Origin: an uncultured delta proteobacterium
Lineage (GTDB): Bacteria; Desulfobacterota; Desulfobacteria; Desulfobacterales; UBA2156
Assembly (NCBI GenBank): GCA_963736855.1
Contig: CAVTQK010000008.1
Location: 32,001-96,000, forward strand
Direction of reading: 5' to 3'
Length of the DNA stretch: 64,000 bases
Shown here: piece after piece, positions 51,890 to 61,094 of the stretch
How positions within the stretch are numbered: the stretch's first letter is position 1
Layout: each line of letters starts with the position of its first letter
Notes under the pieces: generated by a model
What the model was told of the DNA's origin: nothing
What the model saw: only the letters and a program-made list of their open reading frames with translations
Database searches by the model: none
Program-made: the position numbers and the translations under genes

Positions 51890-53041
51890 ATGAGCGAACA
51901 CGATCTAAGGAAAATCTTTCCCCGAATGCCCAAGAAAGTGACGATTGGGGATATCACCGTGCGTGACGGTTTCCAGCATGAGGAAAAGTTTATCTCCACG
52001 GCAGCCAAGATCTTCTATATCGAGGAGATGGTTTTTTCCGGATGCCGCAACCTGGAAGTAACGAATCTGGCCAATCCCAAAATCATGCCCCAGTTCAGGG
52101 ACGCCGAAGAGATTCTGACCTACCTGAGAAGCGACGAATTTAAAAAAAAATGCGAAAAGCGGAAGATTAACGTCGAGGATATCTGCTTCACCGCAGTCAC
52201 CATCCGGGAGCCGTCGGTGGACCGGGCCATACGCCTGAAAGAAAAAGGGATCGGACCGGACCGGCTCTTGATGATGGTCTCCACGGAAGAAGAGCACCAC
52301 TTCGCCAATTCAAGCATCACACTGCCCGAATACTGGAAAGAGGCCGAACGCTGCATCAAGAAATGCACCGACGCCGGGATGAAGATGTGCGGAACCGTAA
52401 GCACCATCTGGGGAAGCCCCATCGGAGGCGCCACCAAGCTGGAAGACGCGGTGGAATTCACCAAGCGATGGCTTTCCATCGGCGCAGGCGATATCGAACA
52501 CGCCGATCACGACGGCAGCGCTTCGGCACCCGAAGTCTACCGTTACTACTCTATGATCCTGGATGCACTCCCCGACACCCAACTGCACATCGCCCATTTC
52601 CATGAAACCAAGCGCATGGCCTCGGCTTCCATCCTAGCCGCCCTCCAGGCTGGGATCGCCCAATTCGAAGCCACATTGGGCGGACTGGGCGGCCAGCCAT
52701 CCAACTTCATGGATGACTGCCCCGTGAAGGGGACCGGCGATTATTACTATGATGACCCGCGATATGTAGGCCTCGTCACCCTGGAAGACACCCTCGTCCA
52801 GATTGACGAAATGGGAATCGAACACGGGTTTGACGTGGATCGGGTCCTCTGGATCGGCAAACAAATGGAAAAGACCATCGGTCGGCGCCTGAGATCCGAA
52901 GCGGTGATCAACGGCCGCACGCAAAAGGGAGGGCATATGAAGTACGCCAGGCCCGGCCTGAAAGAACGAAAAGCCAAATTCGGCGAAACCCCGGGCCAGA
53001 AGATCCCTTCGGAATGGCCTGCCAAGGCCGTCCTGCCGTAA
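51890..53041 (+). CDS. HMG-CoA lyase-like (DRE-TIM) enzyme
   Basis: DITVRDGFQHE, HFH metal motif, GGLGG. Confidence 0.8.
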   Translation: MSEHDLRKIFPRMPKKVTIGDITVRDGFQHEEKFISTAAKIFYIEEMVFSGCRNLEVTNLANPKIMPQFRDAEEILTYLRSDEFKKKCEKRKINVEDICFTAVTIREPSVDRAIRLKEKGIGPDRLLMMVSTEEEHHFANSSITLPEYWKEAERCIKKCTDAGMKMCGTVSTIWGSPIGGATKLEDAVEFTKRWLSIGAGDIEHADHDGSASAPEVYRYYSMILDALPDTQLHIAHFHETKRMASASILAALQAGIAQFEATLGGLGGQPSNFMDDCPVKGTGDYYYDDPRYVGLVTLEDTLVQIDEMGIEHGFDVDRVLWIGKQMEKTIGRRLRSEAVINGRTQKGGHMKYARPGLKERKAKFGETPGQKIPSEWPAKAVLP

Positions 53042-53101
53042 CGGTTCCGCACCTATTGATGTGCCACTTTGTGGGACGGCATTCTACGTGTCGCCTTTTT
53101 T

Positions 53102-53126
53102 AGGGTCGGGTTTTAAACCCGACCCT
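53102..53126. repeat. REP-like palindrome
   Basis: AGGGTCGGGTTT-T-AAACCCGACCCT. Confidence 0.65.
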
Positions 53127-53190
53127 GCGGCGAGAAACCCTTGACACCCTAACATTATAAAATTATACCTTTATAAAAAAGGGGGGTTGC

Positions 53191-53952
53191 ATGTGCCCAG
53201 GGAACACTTCCATTGCTCTATACTACCGGGTGGCTGAAACGCTTAAGGGGCGGATCGCATCCTGCCGTTATAGCCCGGAGACCATCCTGCCGCCGGAAAA
53301 CAATCTGGCACAGGAATTCAACGTCAGCAACATCACCATCCGAAAGGCCATGGCGCTTTTGGTGGAGCAGGGATTGGTAGCCCGTCGGCGTGGAATCGGC
53401 ACCCAGGTTGTCGATTTGAGAGAAGACCGGATCCCATTAAAAATCACGGGTAATTTCAGCGACTGGGTCGATTCGGCCATCAACCGGAGCCTCAGGCTGG
53501 AAGTCGAGGTCTTGGGAATCTCGGTGGTTTCCTGCCCTTTTTCTATCGCCGACAAACTCGGCCTTCCAAACAAATCACCTATATGGGAGTTGAAGCGTCT
53601 GAGAAAGCGGAACGGGGAAGCCACCTCTTATTATCTGAATTACACCCCAACTGCCCTGCTCCATGGCGCCTCGAAAAAGGATTTTACAAAAGAATCCTTC
53701 ATAGACATTTTTCAAAGAAAAACCGGCTTGCGCGTTGCGAAAATCTCACAGCAGGTGGAAGTTGTCGTAGCGGACCTGGATGTGGGCGCAGTTTTGGGCG
53801 TCAGCTTCGGTGCTCCTATTTTTTTCGTGACCAACACCTACTTCACACCGGAAAACACACCCCTTTGGGTCACTCAAATGTATTTCAGGGGAGACCGGTA
53901 CGTTTATCAGGGGCACATTCACCTTGAAGGTCAAAAGGCTAAGGGAGGGTAA
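53191..53952 (+). CDS. GntR (HutC/UTRA) regulator
   Basis: LPPENNLAQEFNVSNITIRKA...RGIGT; C-terminal FRGDRY. Confidence 0.9.
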   Translation: MCPGNTSIALYYRVAETLKGRIASCRYSPETILPPENNLAQEFNVSNITIRKAMALLVEQGLVARRRGIGTQVVDLREDRIPLKITGNFSDWVDSAINRSLRLEVEVLGISVVSCPFSIADKLGLPNKSPIWELKRLRKRNGEATSYYLNYTPTALLHGASKKDFTKESFIDIFQRKTGLRVAKISQQVEVVVADLDVGAVLGVSFGAPIFFVTNTYFTPENTPLWVTQMYFRGDRYVYQGHIHLEGQKAKGG

Positions 53953-53958
53953 GCATCC

Positions 53959-54147
53959 ATGGCGTGGATTCGAATGCCAGGAATCGAAGGGCTGGTTTAT
54001 CAGCCGGAATCAGATCCATCGGCACCCCGCAAGCACGACTGCACTGATTGTTTCGTATGCCAGATGTGCAGCGATAGCCGATGCGTTGAATGCCGAAAAC
54101 AACAGGCGGGTGATGCCTGTCACCCGCCCGCTCAAGATACTCAATAG
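53959..54147 (+). CDS. Small Cys-rich protein
   Basis: GGAGG RBS; HDCTDCFVCQMCSDSRCVEC. Confidence 0.6.
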   Translation: MAWIRMPGIEGLVYQPESDPSAPRKHDCTDCFVCQMCSDSRCVECRKQQAGDACHPPAQDTQ

Positions 54148-54284
54148 AAACCGTTTAAAGAATCCGCTTCAGTGACCCCCGCTTCCTGAAATCCCGCTGG
54201 CCGCAACGATCAGGATCAAGTCCTCCAGCAACGCTATAACCAGGCGCCGATATCCATGAAAGGAAACACACCGGCGATTATTTT

Positions 54285-54478
54285 TGATGAAATCGTAAAA
54301 AAGGCTAATTTTTCTCGCGCCGCAAGTCTTTTCGGAAGATCCAAAGGGTTTCGCTAAATCTCAAGAACTCGGCACAAGTGCATCAAACAGCTTGAGATTT
54401 TTAACGCTCAACCCTTTTGCCTCTCTTTTTCCGAAAAGACTTGAATGGCGCTCACAAAACCTTTTTACGAAGCCATCA
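54285..54478. mobile_element. ~194-bp MITE/REPIN-like fold-back element
   Basis: Ends TGATG-N3-TCGTAAAAA / TTTTTACGA-N3-CATCA with nested internal inverted repeats. Confidence 0.7.
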
Positions 54479-54580
54479 TTTTTCTTTCAATAAATTTTCT
54501 TTCCCAACGCGTAAAAAGCAGGTATAGTACTGTTTTTTAAATCTTCTTTGGACTATCGAAACAAGACTGGATATACCGTT

Positions 54581-56173
54581 ATGGCCAATGGGAAGGAATG
54601 GAAAATCGTTTTTATCGACGATGAAGAGGATATTCGGCAAGTGATGCAATTGACGCTGGAGGACGCCGGATATCAGGTATTTCCTGCACCGGACGGTAGA
54701 ACAGGCCTGCAATTGTGCCGTGAGGTGCTCCCACAGATTGTGATCACCGACATCCGCATGCCGGGGATGGACGGCCTCCAGGTCCTCGAAGCCCTCAAAA
54801 CAGAATCTCCCGACATCGAGGTGATCGTTGCAACCGCCTTTGGAGAAATGAACCTTGCCATTAAAGCGCTTCAACTGGATGCTTCTGATTTTATTACTAA
54901 ACCAATCGGCGACGAGGCCTTACGTCTTGCCTTGAAGCGCGCCAAAGAGCGCCATCTTTCCAGAAAGCAGGTCAGAGATTACACTGCTATTTTAGAAAAG
55001 GAGAACGCCAAAACCAGCCAGGAGCTTTTTAAAAGCCTGGCATTCCAGAGGAATTTAATTGAAAATTCGATGGACGGCATCCTTGGCTCGGATGAAAACG
55101 AAATCGTCGTTATTTATAACCACAGCCTTGAGGGAACGCTTGGTTTTTTAAAGGAAAAAGTCCTTCATAAAATGACACTAAAACAATTCTTCCCGGCAGA
55201 AAAATTCGAAGACTTCAAAAAGAACCTGTTCAGCAGCGCTTACGGGGGCGAAAATCGACTCATGCTTTATGAAACCAATCTGATCGAAAAATCCGGTCGC
55301 GAAATACCGGTTCAGGTTTCCGCCAGCCTGCTTTCGGATCAGGGTCAAGACAAAGGACTGGTCTGTTTTTTCAGGGACCTTCGTCAGATCCGCAAACTCG
55401 AACAGGAGTTTTCCGATCAGGCGCGGATTCTGCATCAGGACAAGATGATGTCTCTGGGACGGCTGGCGGCCAGCGTTGTTCACGAAATCAATAATCCATT
55501 GTCCGGAATCTTGAACTACCTCAGGCTGATGAACCGAATTTTGAGTCAAGGCCCCTTGTCGGAAGAGCGGCAAAATAAATTTCAACGCTATGTGGAATTG
55601 ATTGAAAAGGAAACCGATCGGTGTTCCCAAATCGTTTCAGGTCTGCTGAGTTTTTCACGTCGCTCCCCCCCCTCTTTCGGAGAGGTCCGGATGGAAAAAG
55701 TCCTTCGTCTCTGTATTCTTCTCAGCAAACATAAGCTCGAATTGAGCAATATCCGTCTTGAAATCGATATCGAGTCTGATCTGCCGCCTTTAAACGGAGA
55801 TTTCAATCAGCTCCAGCAGTGCATGATCAATCTCATTTTCAATGCCGTGGATGCCATGCAGGACGGCGGGATATTGACGCTTAAGAGCTTTCTTAACAGG
55901 AGCAACCGCAAGGTCGTTGTCACCTTCCGTGATACGGGTCAAGGAATTCCTCCGGAAAATCTTCCCCATATTTTTGAACCTTTTTTTACCACCAAGAAAG
56001 AAGGTTATGGAACCGGACTGGGTCTTTCCACCGTTTACGGGATAATCGAGCGGCATCAGGGAACAATCGGCGTCGAAAGTCATGTTGGAAAGGGGACCAT
56101 CTTCACCATCGAACTGCCGGCTTCCGGTTCGAATCCTGAGGATGGGAAAAACCGTTTCATTCAACAGGGCTGA
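54581..56173 (+). CDS. REC-PAS histidine kinase
   Basis: N-terminal REC, PAS, VHEINNPL, HATPase. Confidence 0.92.
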   Translation: MANGKEWKIVFIDDEEDIRQVMQLTLEDAGYQVFPAPDGRTGLQLCREVLPQIVITDIRMPGMDGLQVLEALKTESPDIEVIVATAFGEMNLAIKALQLDASDFITKPIGDEALRLALKRAKERHLSRKQVRDYTAILEKENAKTSQELFKSLAFQRNLIENSMDGILGSDENEIVVIYNHSLEGTLGFLKEKVLHKMTLKQFFPAEKFEDFKKNLFSSAYGGENRLMLYETNLIEKSGREIPVQVSASLLSDQGQDKGLVCFFRDLRQIRKLEQEFSDQARILHQDKMMSLGRLAASVVHEINNPLSGILNYLRLMNRILSQGPLSEERQNKFQRYVELIEKETDRCSQIVSGLLSFSRRSPPSFGEVRMEKVLRLCILLSKHKLELSNIRLEIDIESDLPPLNGDFNQLQQCMINLIFNAVDAMQDGGILTLKSFLNRSNRKVVVTFRDTGQGIPPENLPHIFEPFFTTKKEGYGTGLGLSTVYGIIERHQGTIGVESHVGKGTIFTIELPASGSNPEDGKNRFIQQG

Positions 56174-56223
56174 GCCGGAACGCGGCATCGGATTCATGGG
56201 CCAAAACCAAGGAAGCAGCCTCC

Positions 56224-57963
56224 ATGAGTAGAACACACAAAAATCCCGGAAGCATGGTATCGTCCGAGGCGTGGTTGGAGATCATGGACGAATTGAATCT
56301 CGGGGCTTTTACTGTCGGCGTCAACCGACAGGTGACCTCCATGAACCATACCGCCCAGGCGCTGCTCGGAGTAAAAAACTCGGAGGCCTTGGGCAGAAAT
56401 TGCAGGGAAGTTTTTATGGGTGTCCCCTGTTTGGCCAAATGTCCGTTTAGAGGTCCTAACGAACCCGGTACCAGAGAACCCCTCATTCAATTGACAAACG
56501 ATAATGATATCATCCACTGGACGACACGGATGGCGACCCCCACTTTCGGTCCCGACGGTAAGGTTGTCGGATGCATGACCATCCTGCAGGATCATTCTCC
56601 GATTACGGATCTGATCGATCGCATCCATCACGAAGAACAGAACACGAAGATCATCCTCGATAACCTGGACGTCGGCATATTCACAGTTGATCGCGGCGGG
56701 TATATCACTTTTTTCAATACGGAAGCCGAAAAGATCGTCGGCTATAGTCGCCGTGAGGTCTTAGGTCAACCTTTTGCCATGATATTTAAAGACTCGAGGT
56801 CCCAGGAAATCGGTTTATTGAACGACACGATTGCCGATGGGAAAACCCGCAGCAACAGGCGTGGAGAAATGATCACCCGAGACGGTGCCCCCATTCCCGT
56901 CCGCATCAATCTGATGGCGCTGATCAACGAAAAAGGAACGGTCGTCGGGGGGTTGGCCACTTTCCACGATCTCACGTTGGTCCAACAGCTCAAACAAGCC
57001 ACCCGGCAACATTACACATTCCATGATATGATCGGTAAAAGCCCTGCGATGGAAAAAATATTTGAAATGGTCAATGTGGTGGCAAAAACCGATGCCACCA
57101 TTTTGATTGAGGGGGCCACGGGTACCGGGAAGGATCTTCTGGCCCGAGTGGTTCATTCCATCAGCCGCAGGGCGGATAAACCCTTTGTCAAGGTCAATTG
57201 TGCGGCCATACCGGACAACTTGCTTGAATCGGAAATGTTCGGCTATGTCAAAGGGGCCTTTACCGGAGCTGAAAAAGACAAGATCGGACGCTTTCAAGAA
57301 GCCGACAACGGAACTATATTCCTGGATGAAATCGGAGATCTTCCGTTGCCGTTGCAGGCCAAACTGCTTCGGGTATTGGAAGACAAAGAGTTCTATCGAT
57401 TGGGCAGCCGGCATACGGTCAAAGTCAACGTGCGCATTATCTCCGCTTCCAATAGGAACTTGCCCCAACTTGTCGAGAAGCGCCTGTTCCGGGAAGACCT
57501 TTTTTATCGATTGAACCTGTTTCGCATCGAACTCCCGGAATTGAAGGATCGCAGGGTGGACCTGCCGTTGCTGATCGGCCATATTTTAAGACACCTGAGT
57601 TCCGCCATAGGGATTCGCCCGCCGACAGTCTCCGAAACAGTGATGGGACTCCTGCTGAACTACAGCTATCCGGGCAACATGCGAGAACTGGAAAATATCC
57701 TGGAGCATGCCCTCATTATATGCCGGGAAGAGACGATCCAATCGGAACATCTTCCGCAATATCTTCGGTTTTCCCACACCGAGCAGCAGAATGCCTTTCC
57801 CGAGAGCCCGAAAAGTGCACCTTTTTCCGAGAAAAAGGAACGCAGTGAAATTATTTCCATGCTTGAACAATACCACGGGATGCGTTCGGAAGCAGCACGG
57901 GCTCTGGGCATCAATCGAACCACATTATGGCGTAAGATTAAAAAATACGGCATCCGCCCTTAA
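56224..57963 (+). CDS. PAS-PAS sigma54 enhancer-binding protein
   Basis: GATGTGKD, GAFTGA, Fis HTH. Confidence 0.92.
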   Translation: MSRTHKNPGSMVSSEAWLEIMDELNLGAFTVGVNRQVTSMNHTAQALLGVKNSEALGRNCREVFMGVPCLAKCPFRGPNEPGTREPLIQLTNDNDIIHWTTRMATPTFGPDGKVVGCMTILQDHSPITDLIDRIHHEEQNTKIILDNLDVGIFTVDRGGYITFFNTEAEKIVGYSRREVLGQPFAMIFKDSRSQEIGLLNDTIADGKTRSNRRGEMITRDGAPIPVRINLMALINEKGTVVGGLATFHDLTLVQQLKQATRQHYTFHDMIGKSPAMEKIFEMVNVVAKTDATILIEGATGTGKDLLARVVHSISRRADKPFVKVNCAAIPDNLLESEMFGYVKGAFTGAEKDKIGRFQEADNGTIFLDEIGDLPLPLQAKLLRVLEDKEFYRLGSRHTVKVNVRIISASNRNLPQLVEKRLFREDLFYRLNLFRIELPELKDRRVDLPLLIGHILRHLSSAIGIRPPTVSETVMGLLLNYSYPGNMRELENILEHALIICREETIQSEHLPQYLRFSHTEQQNAFPESPKSAPFSEKKERSEIISMLEQYHGMRSEAARALGINRTTLWRKIKKYGIRP

Positions 57964-58081
57964 TTCAACGTCTGTGTGGTGTTTCATAATATGTTGCATA
58001 TATGTTGCAAAATAGGGTTTCATAATTAATAACTTATTAGGATTATTAATTATTCTTTTATCACTCCCTATTCCATTCCCA

Positions 58082-58115
58082 TTCCATATGTTGCAATAAT
58101 TTGCAACATATGGAA
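58082..58115. promoter_or_regulatory. Putative enhancer (UAS) palindrome
   Basis: Perfect 15-bp arms TTCCATATGTTGCAA-TAAT-TTGCAACATATGGAA, ~80 bp upstream of the -24 box. Confidence 0.7.
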
Positions 58116-58193
58116 GTTAGTGAAGCTGCCCCCCTGATCCATTTTTCATTCAACATCCTGTTATCATATCGGAATTTTCCGATATGGGCTTCC

Positions 58194-58209
58194 TGGCACA
58201 CTCCATGCT
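58194..58209 (+). promoter_or_regulatory. Sigma54 -24/-12 promoter
   Basis: TGGCAC-ACTCC-ATGCT (GG-N10-GC). Confidence 0.75.
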
Positions 58210-58281
58210 TTCATTCTTCCGCATCGAATCCTGAAAGCCCCCGAAACGGGCGAACACTTTTTTAATTGCACAGAGGTCATT

Positions 58282-58731
58282 TTGACCCCCGAGCCGGTGA
58301 AGAAAAAGATCCTCGTCGTCGACGATGAGCTGAATATGCGCATTTTTCTTTGCAACCTCTTATGCAACCGGGGTTACGAGGCCATCGATGCCGCGGACTG
58401 TGTGGAGGGAATGCAGAAAGCAAAAGCGGAAAAACCGGCGCTCATCATTCTTGATGTCATGATGCCCAAAGAGAACGGTATTCAGATGTATCGTGAACTC
58501 AATGATGATGAGAAGCTTAAACATATTCCGGTGGTGATGTTGTCGACAATCGATAGAAAGACATTCTCTTATTACCACAAATTCCGAACTGTAACCCAGG
58601 AAAAGGGTTTTCTTGCACCAAGTGCCTATCTGGAAAAACCGTTCGAGGCCGAAACTCTGATCTCGCTGGTAAACCGCATGATATTTTCAGGGAAAGGCCA
58701 TTTGGCCGATTCCACGGGTGAGTCAACTTAA
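58282..58731 (+). CDS. Single-domain response regulator
   Basis: ILVVDDE, ILDVMMP, YLEKP. Confidence 0.85.
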   Translation: MTPEPVKKKILVVDDELNMRIFLCNLLCNRGYEAIDAADCVEGMQKAKAEKPALIILDVMMPKENGIQMYRELNDDEKLKHIPVVMLSTIDRKTFSYYHKFRTVTQEKGFLAPSAYLEKPFEAETLISLVNRMIFSGKGHLADSTGEST

Positions 58732-58805
58732 AAAAGGCAAGGGTGTTTAAGCCGAAAGCGGATTTGAGAACGTTGAATCAAAACCGGAAAGAGCGGTCTG
58801 AAACG

Positions 58806-61094
58806 ATGAATGAAAACGTCGATGCCAAACTGTATCAAGAGGTGGCCCAATTCGGGGCGATGGACATGGAGGTCTGTATGCAGTGCGGCACCTGTAGCGC
58901 ATCCTGTCCTCTGTCCAGCGGAAATAATCCGTTTCCACGAAAGATATATCGATATCTTCAGCTTGGAATGAGGGACAAGCTCCTCAAGTCTTCAGAGCCC
59001 TGGCTGTGCTATTACTGCGGAGAGTGCAACAAGGATTGCCCCCGGGGTGCCGAGCCGGCCGAGACAATGATGGCAACTCGCCGCTGGTTAACCACTCAGT
59101 ACGACTGGACCGGACTTGCAAAACGGTTATACATCTCCGAAAAGTGGGAATTCGGTGCATTGGGTTTTGTTTCGCTCTTGATCATTTTGCTTTTCACTTT
59201 TTTCCATGGACCGATAATCACCGATCGCGTTGCAGTGAATTCCTTTGCGCCCGTCTTATGGATTGAAATCGGCGATTTGGTCATGGCCGCGATTCTGTCG
59301 ACATTTCTGCTGTCAAACGCCTTCAGAATGTTTCGATTTATCATGGATGGCACGAAGGTGCCATTCTGGCTCTATATAACGCAAGCCAAAGCCTTTGTCC
59401 TGCATTTTTTAACTCAGAAACGCTGGCGGGAATGCGGAGAGGACCGGAGCCGATGGTTGAAACACTTTCTCCTAGTCAGCGGTTATTTGACCATGATGTC
59501 CCTGATCATTGTTTTCATCCGCTGGTTTCAGGTGGACGACAGCAGCTGGCATTTTACAAGTCTTTTCGGCTACTATGCTACCGGTGTCCTGCTTTATATT
59601 ACCGTGGAAATGTTTCGCAGCCGTCGTAAAAAACAGGAGACGATTCATCGATACTCCCACCTTTCCGACTGGCTTTTTCTGATTCTTCTGTTTTTCACCA
59701 CATTAACCGGCATCCTGATGCATCTGATCCGCATAGCCGGATGGCCCATGGGAACCTATGTCATGTATGTCATCCATCTTGCCGTGGCAGTCCCCATGCT
59801 GGTCATTGAAGTCCCATTCGGCAAATGGTCTCACCTCTTCTACAGGCCGCTTGCGGTGTTTCTGGCAACCGTCAAGGAGAAGGCGTCCAAAGAGTCGAGC
59901 ATCGATGTCGAAGATGTGAAGGCCGAGATCGGCGAAACCTTCCTGACATGCCTGCAATGCGGCACCTGCACAAGCGTCTGCCCGGTGAACCTGATTTCAT
60001 CGAACAGCCCCCGCCAGATCCTGCGTCAACTCACGATGAAAACCGGCACTGAACAATCCGTCGACCAGGCTGTCTGGAGCTGCGTCACCTGTAACGCCTG
60101 CGGGGTCAGCTGTCCACGCGGAATACAGATGATCGACGTAATGAAGGCGGTCAGAGAACTCAACGTCGCCGCCGGAAAAATCCCCAAGGTTTTCAAGGAG
60201 CCTCTAAACAGTCTGAAAGAAAACGGCAATCCTTGGAACGGGCTGCGCGAAAGACGGATGGAATGGGCGGAAGGTGTCAATCTTCCCGCCTTCAGGCCCG
60301 AGCATGCGTATTGCCTTTTCACATGCTGTACCACGGCATATGATCCTGCGAATCGCAATGCCGGGAAAGCCCTTCCCCGGCTCCTCGAATACGCGGGTGT
60401 TTCTTTCGGCACTCTCGGAATAGAAGAAAACTGCTGCGGCGACCAGTCCCACAAGATGGGAGCGCAAGCAATCTTCTCTGATCTGGCCCGGAAAAATACC
60501 GAGCTTTTTTTACATGCCGACGTCCGAAAGATACTGACCGTTTCGCCCCATTGCCTGAACGCCTTTAAAAACCTTTACACCGATTTGAGAGGTTTCGTCG
60601 AAATCGAGCACTATTCAGAACTCCTGGACCGGCTCATCGAGGAGGGCCGGTTGAAACCTCTCCTGGAAGTAGCGTCCACCGTCACCTACCATGATCCGTG
60701 CTATCTGGGACGTCACAATAGTATCTACGAGGCGCCTCGCAGGATTTTGCAAAGCATTCCGGGTCTTAAGCTGGTCGAGATGACAAACAACAGAGAGTGC
60801 AGCCTGTGCTGCGGGGGTGGAGGCGGCGGGGCATGGATAAATTATCCATCTCGTCATAGCCCCGGCGTCTTGAGGGTCAAAGAGGCTCTGGGAACCGGCG
60901 CCGAGATGATTGCCACCGCATGCCCCTTTTGCATCCGTATGCTCGATAACGCGATACGGGAACTCGGCGTCGCAAAGGAAATTGCCATCTGTGACCTGGC
61001 CGAATTGCTGTTACAGTCGGTTGTAGTGAGGGATGAAACAACCGTGATGGGACATATCGATTTGGGCATAAACCGGGAGGTCTGTCATGTCTGA
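58806..61094 (+). CDS. QmoC-like (Fe-S + membrane heme b) fused to HdrD-like (Fe-S + 2 CCG) oxidoreductase
   Basis: Four CxxCxxCxxxCP motifs, TM block ending PFGKWSHLFYRP, ENCCG, YHDPCYLGR...CCGGG. Confidence 0.85.
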   Translation: MNENVDAKLYQEVAQFGAMDMEVCMQCGTCSASCPLSSGNNPFPRKIYRYLQLGMRDKLLKSSEPWLCYYCGECNKDCPRGAEPAETMMATRRWLTTQYDWTGLAKRLYISEKWEFGALGFVSLLIILLFTFFHGPIITDRVAVNSFAPVLWIEIGDLVMAAILSTFLLSNAFRMFRFIMDGTKVPFWLYITQAKAFVLHFLTQKRWRECGEDRSRWLKHFLLVSGYLTMMSLIIVFIRWFQVDDSSWHFTSLFGYYATGVLLYITVEMFRSRRKKQETIHRYSHLSDWLFLILLFFTTLTGILMHLIRIAGWPMGTYVMYVIHLAVAVPMLVIEVPFGKWSHLFYRPLAVFLATVKEKASKESSIDVEDVKAEIGETFLTCLQCGTCTSVCPVNLISSNSPRQILRQLTMKTGTEQSVDQAVWSCVTCNACGVSCPRGIQMIDVMKAVRELNVAAGKIPKVFKEPLNSLKENGNPWNGLRERRMEWAEGVNLPAFRPEHAYCLFTCCTTAYDPANRNAGKALPRLLEYAGVSFGTLGIEENCCGDQSHKMGAQAIFSDLARKNTELFLHADVRKILTVSPHCLNAFKNLYTDLRGFVEIEHYSELLDRLIEEGRLKPLLEVASTVTYHDPCYLGRHNSIYEAPRRILQSIPGLKLVEMTNNRECSLCCGGGGGGAWINYPSRHSPGVLRVKEALGTGAEMIATACPFCIRMLDNAIRELGVAKEIAICDLAELLLQSVVVRDETTVMGHIDLGINREVCHV

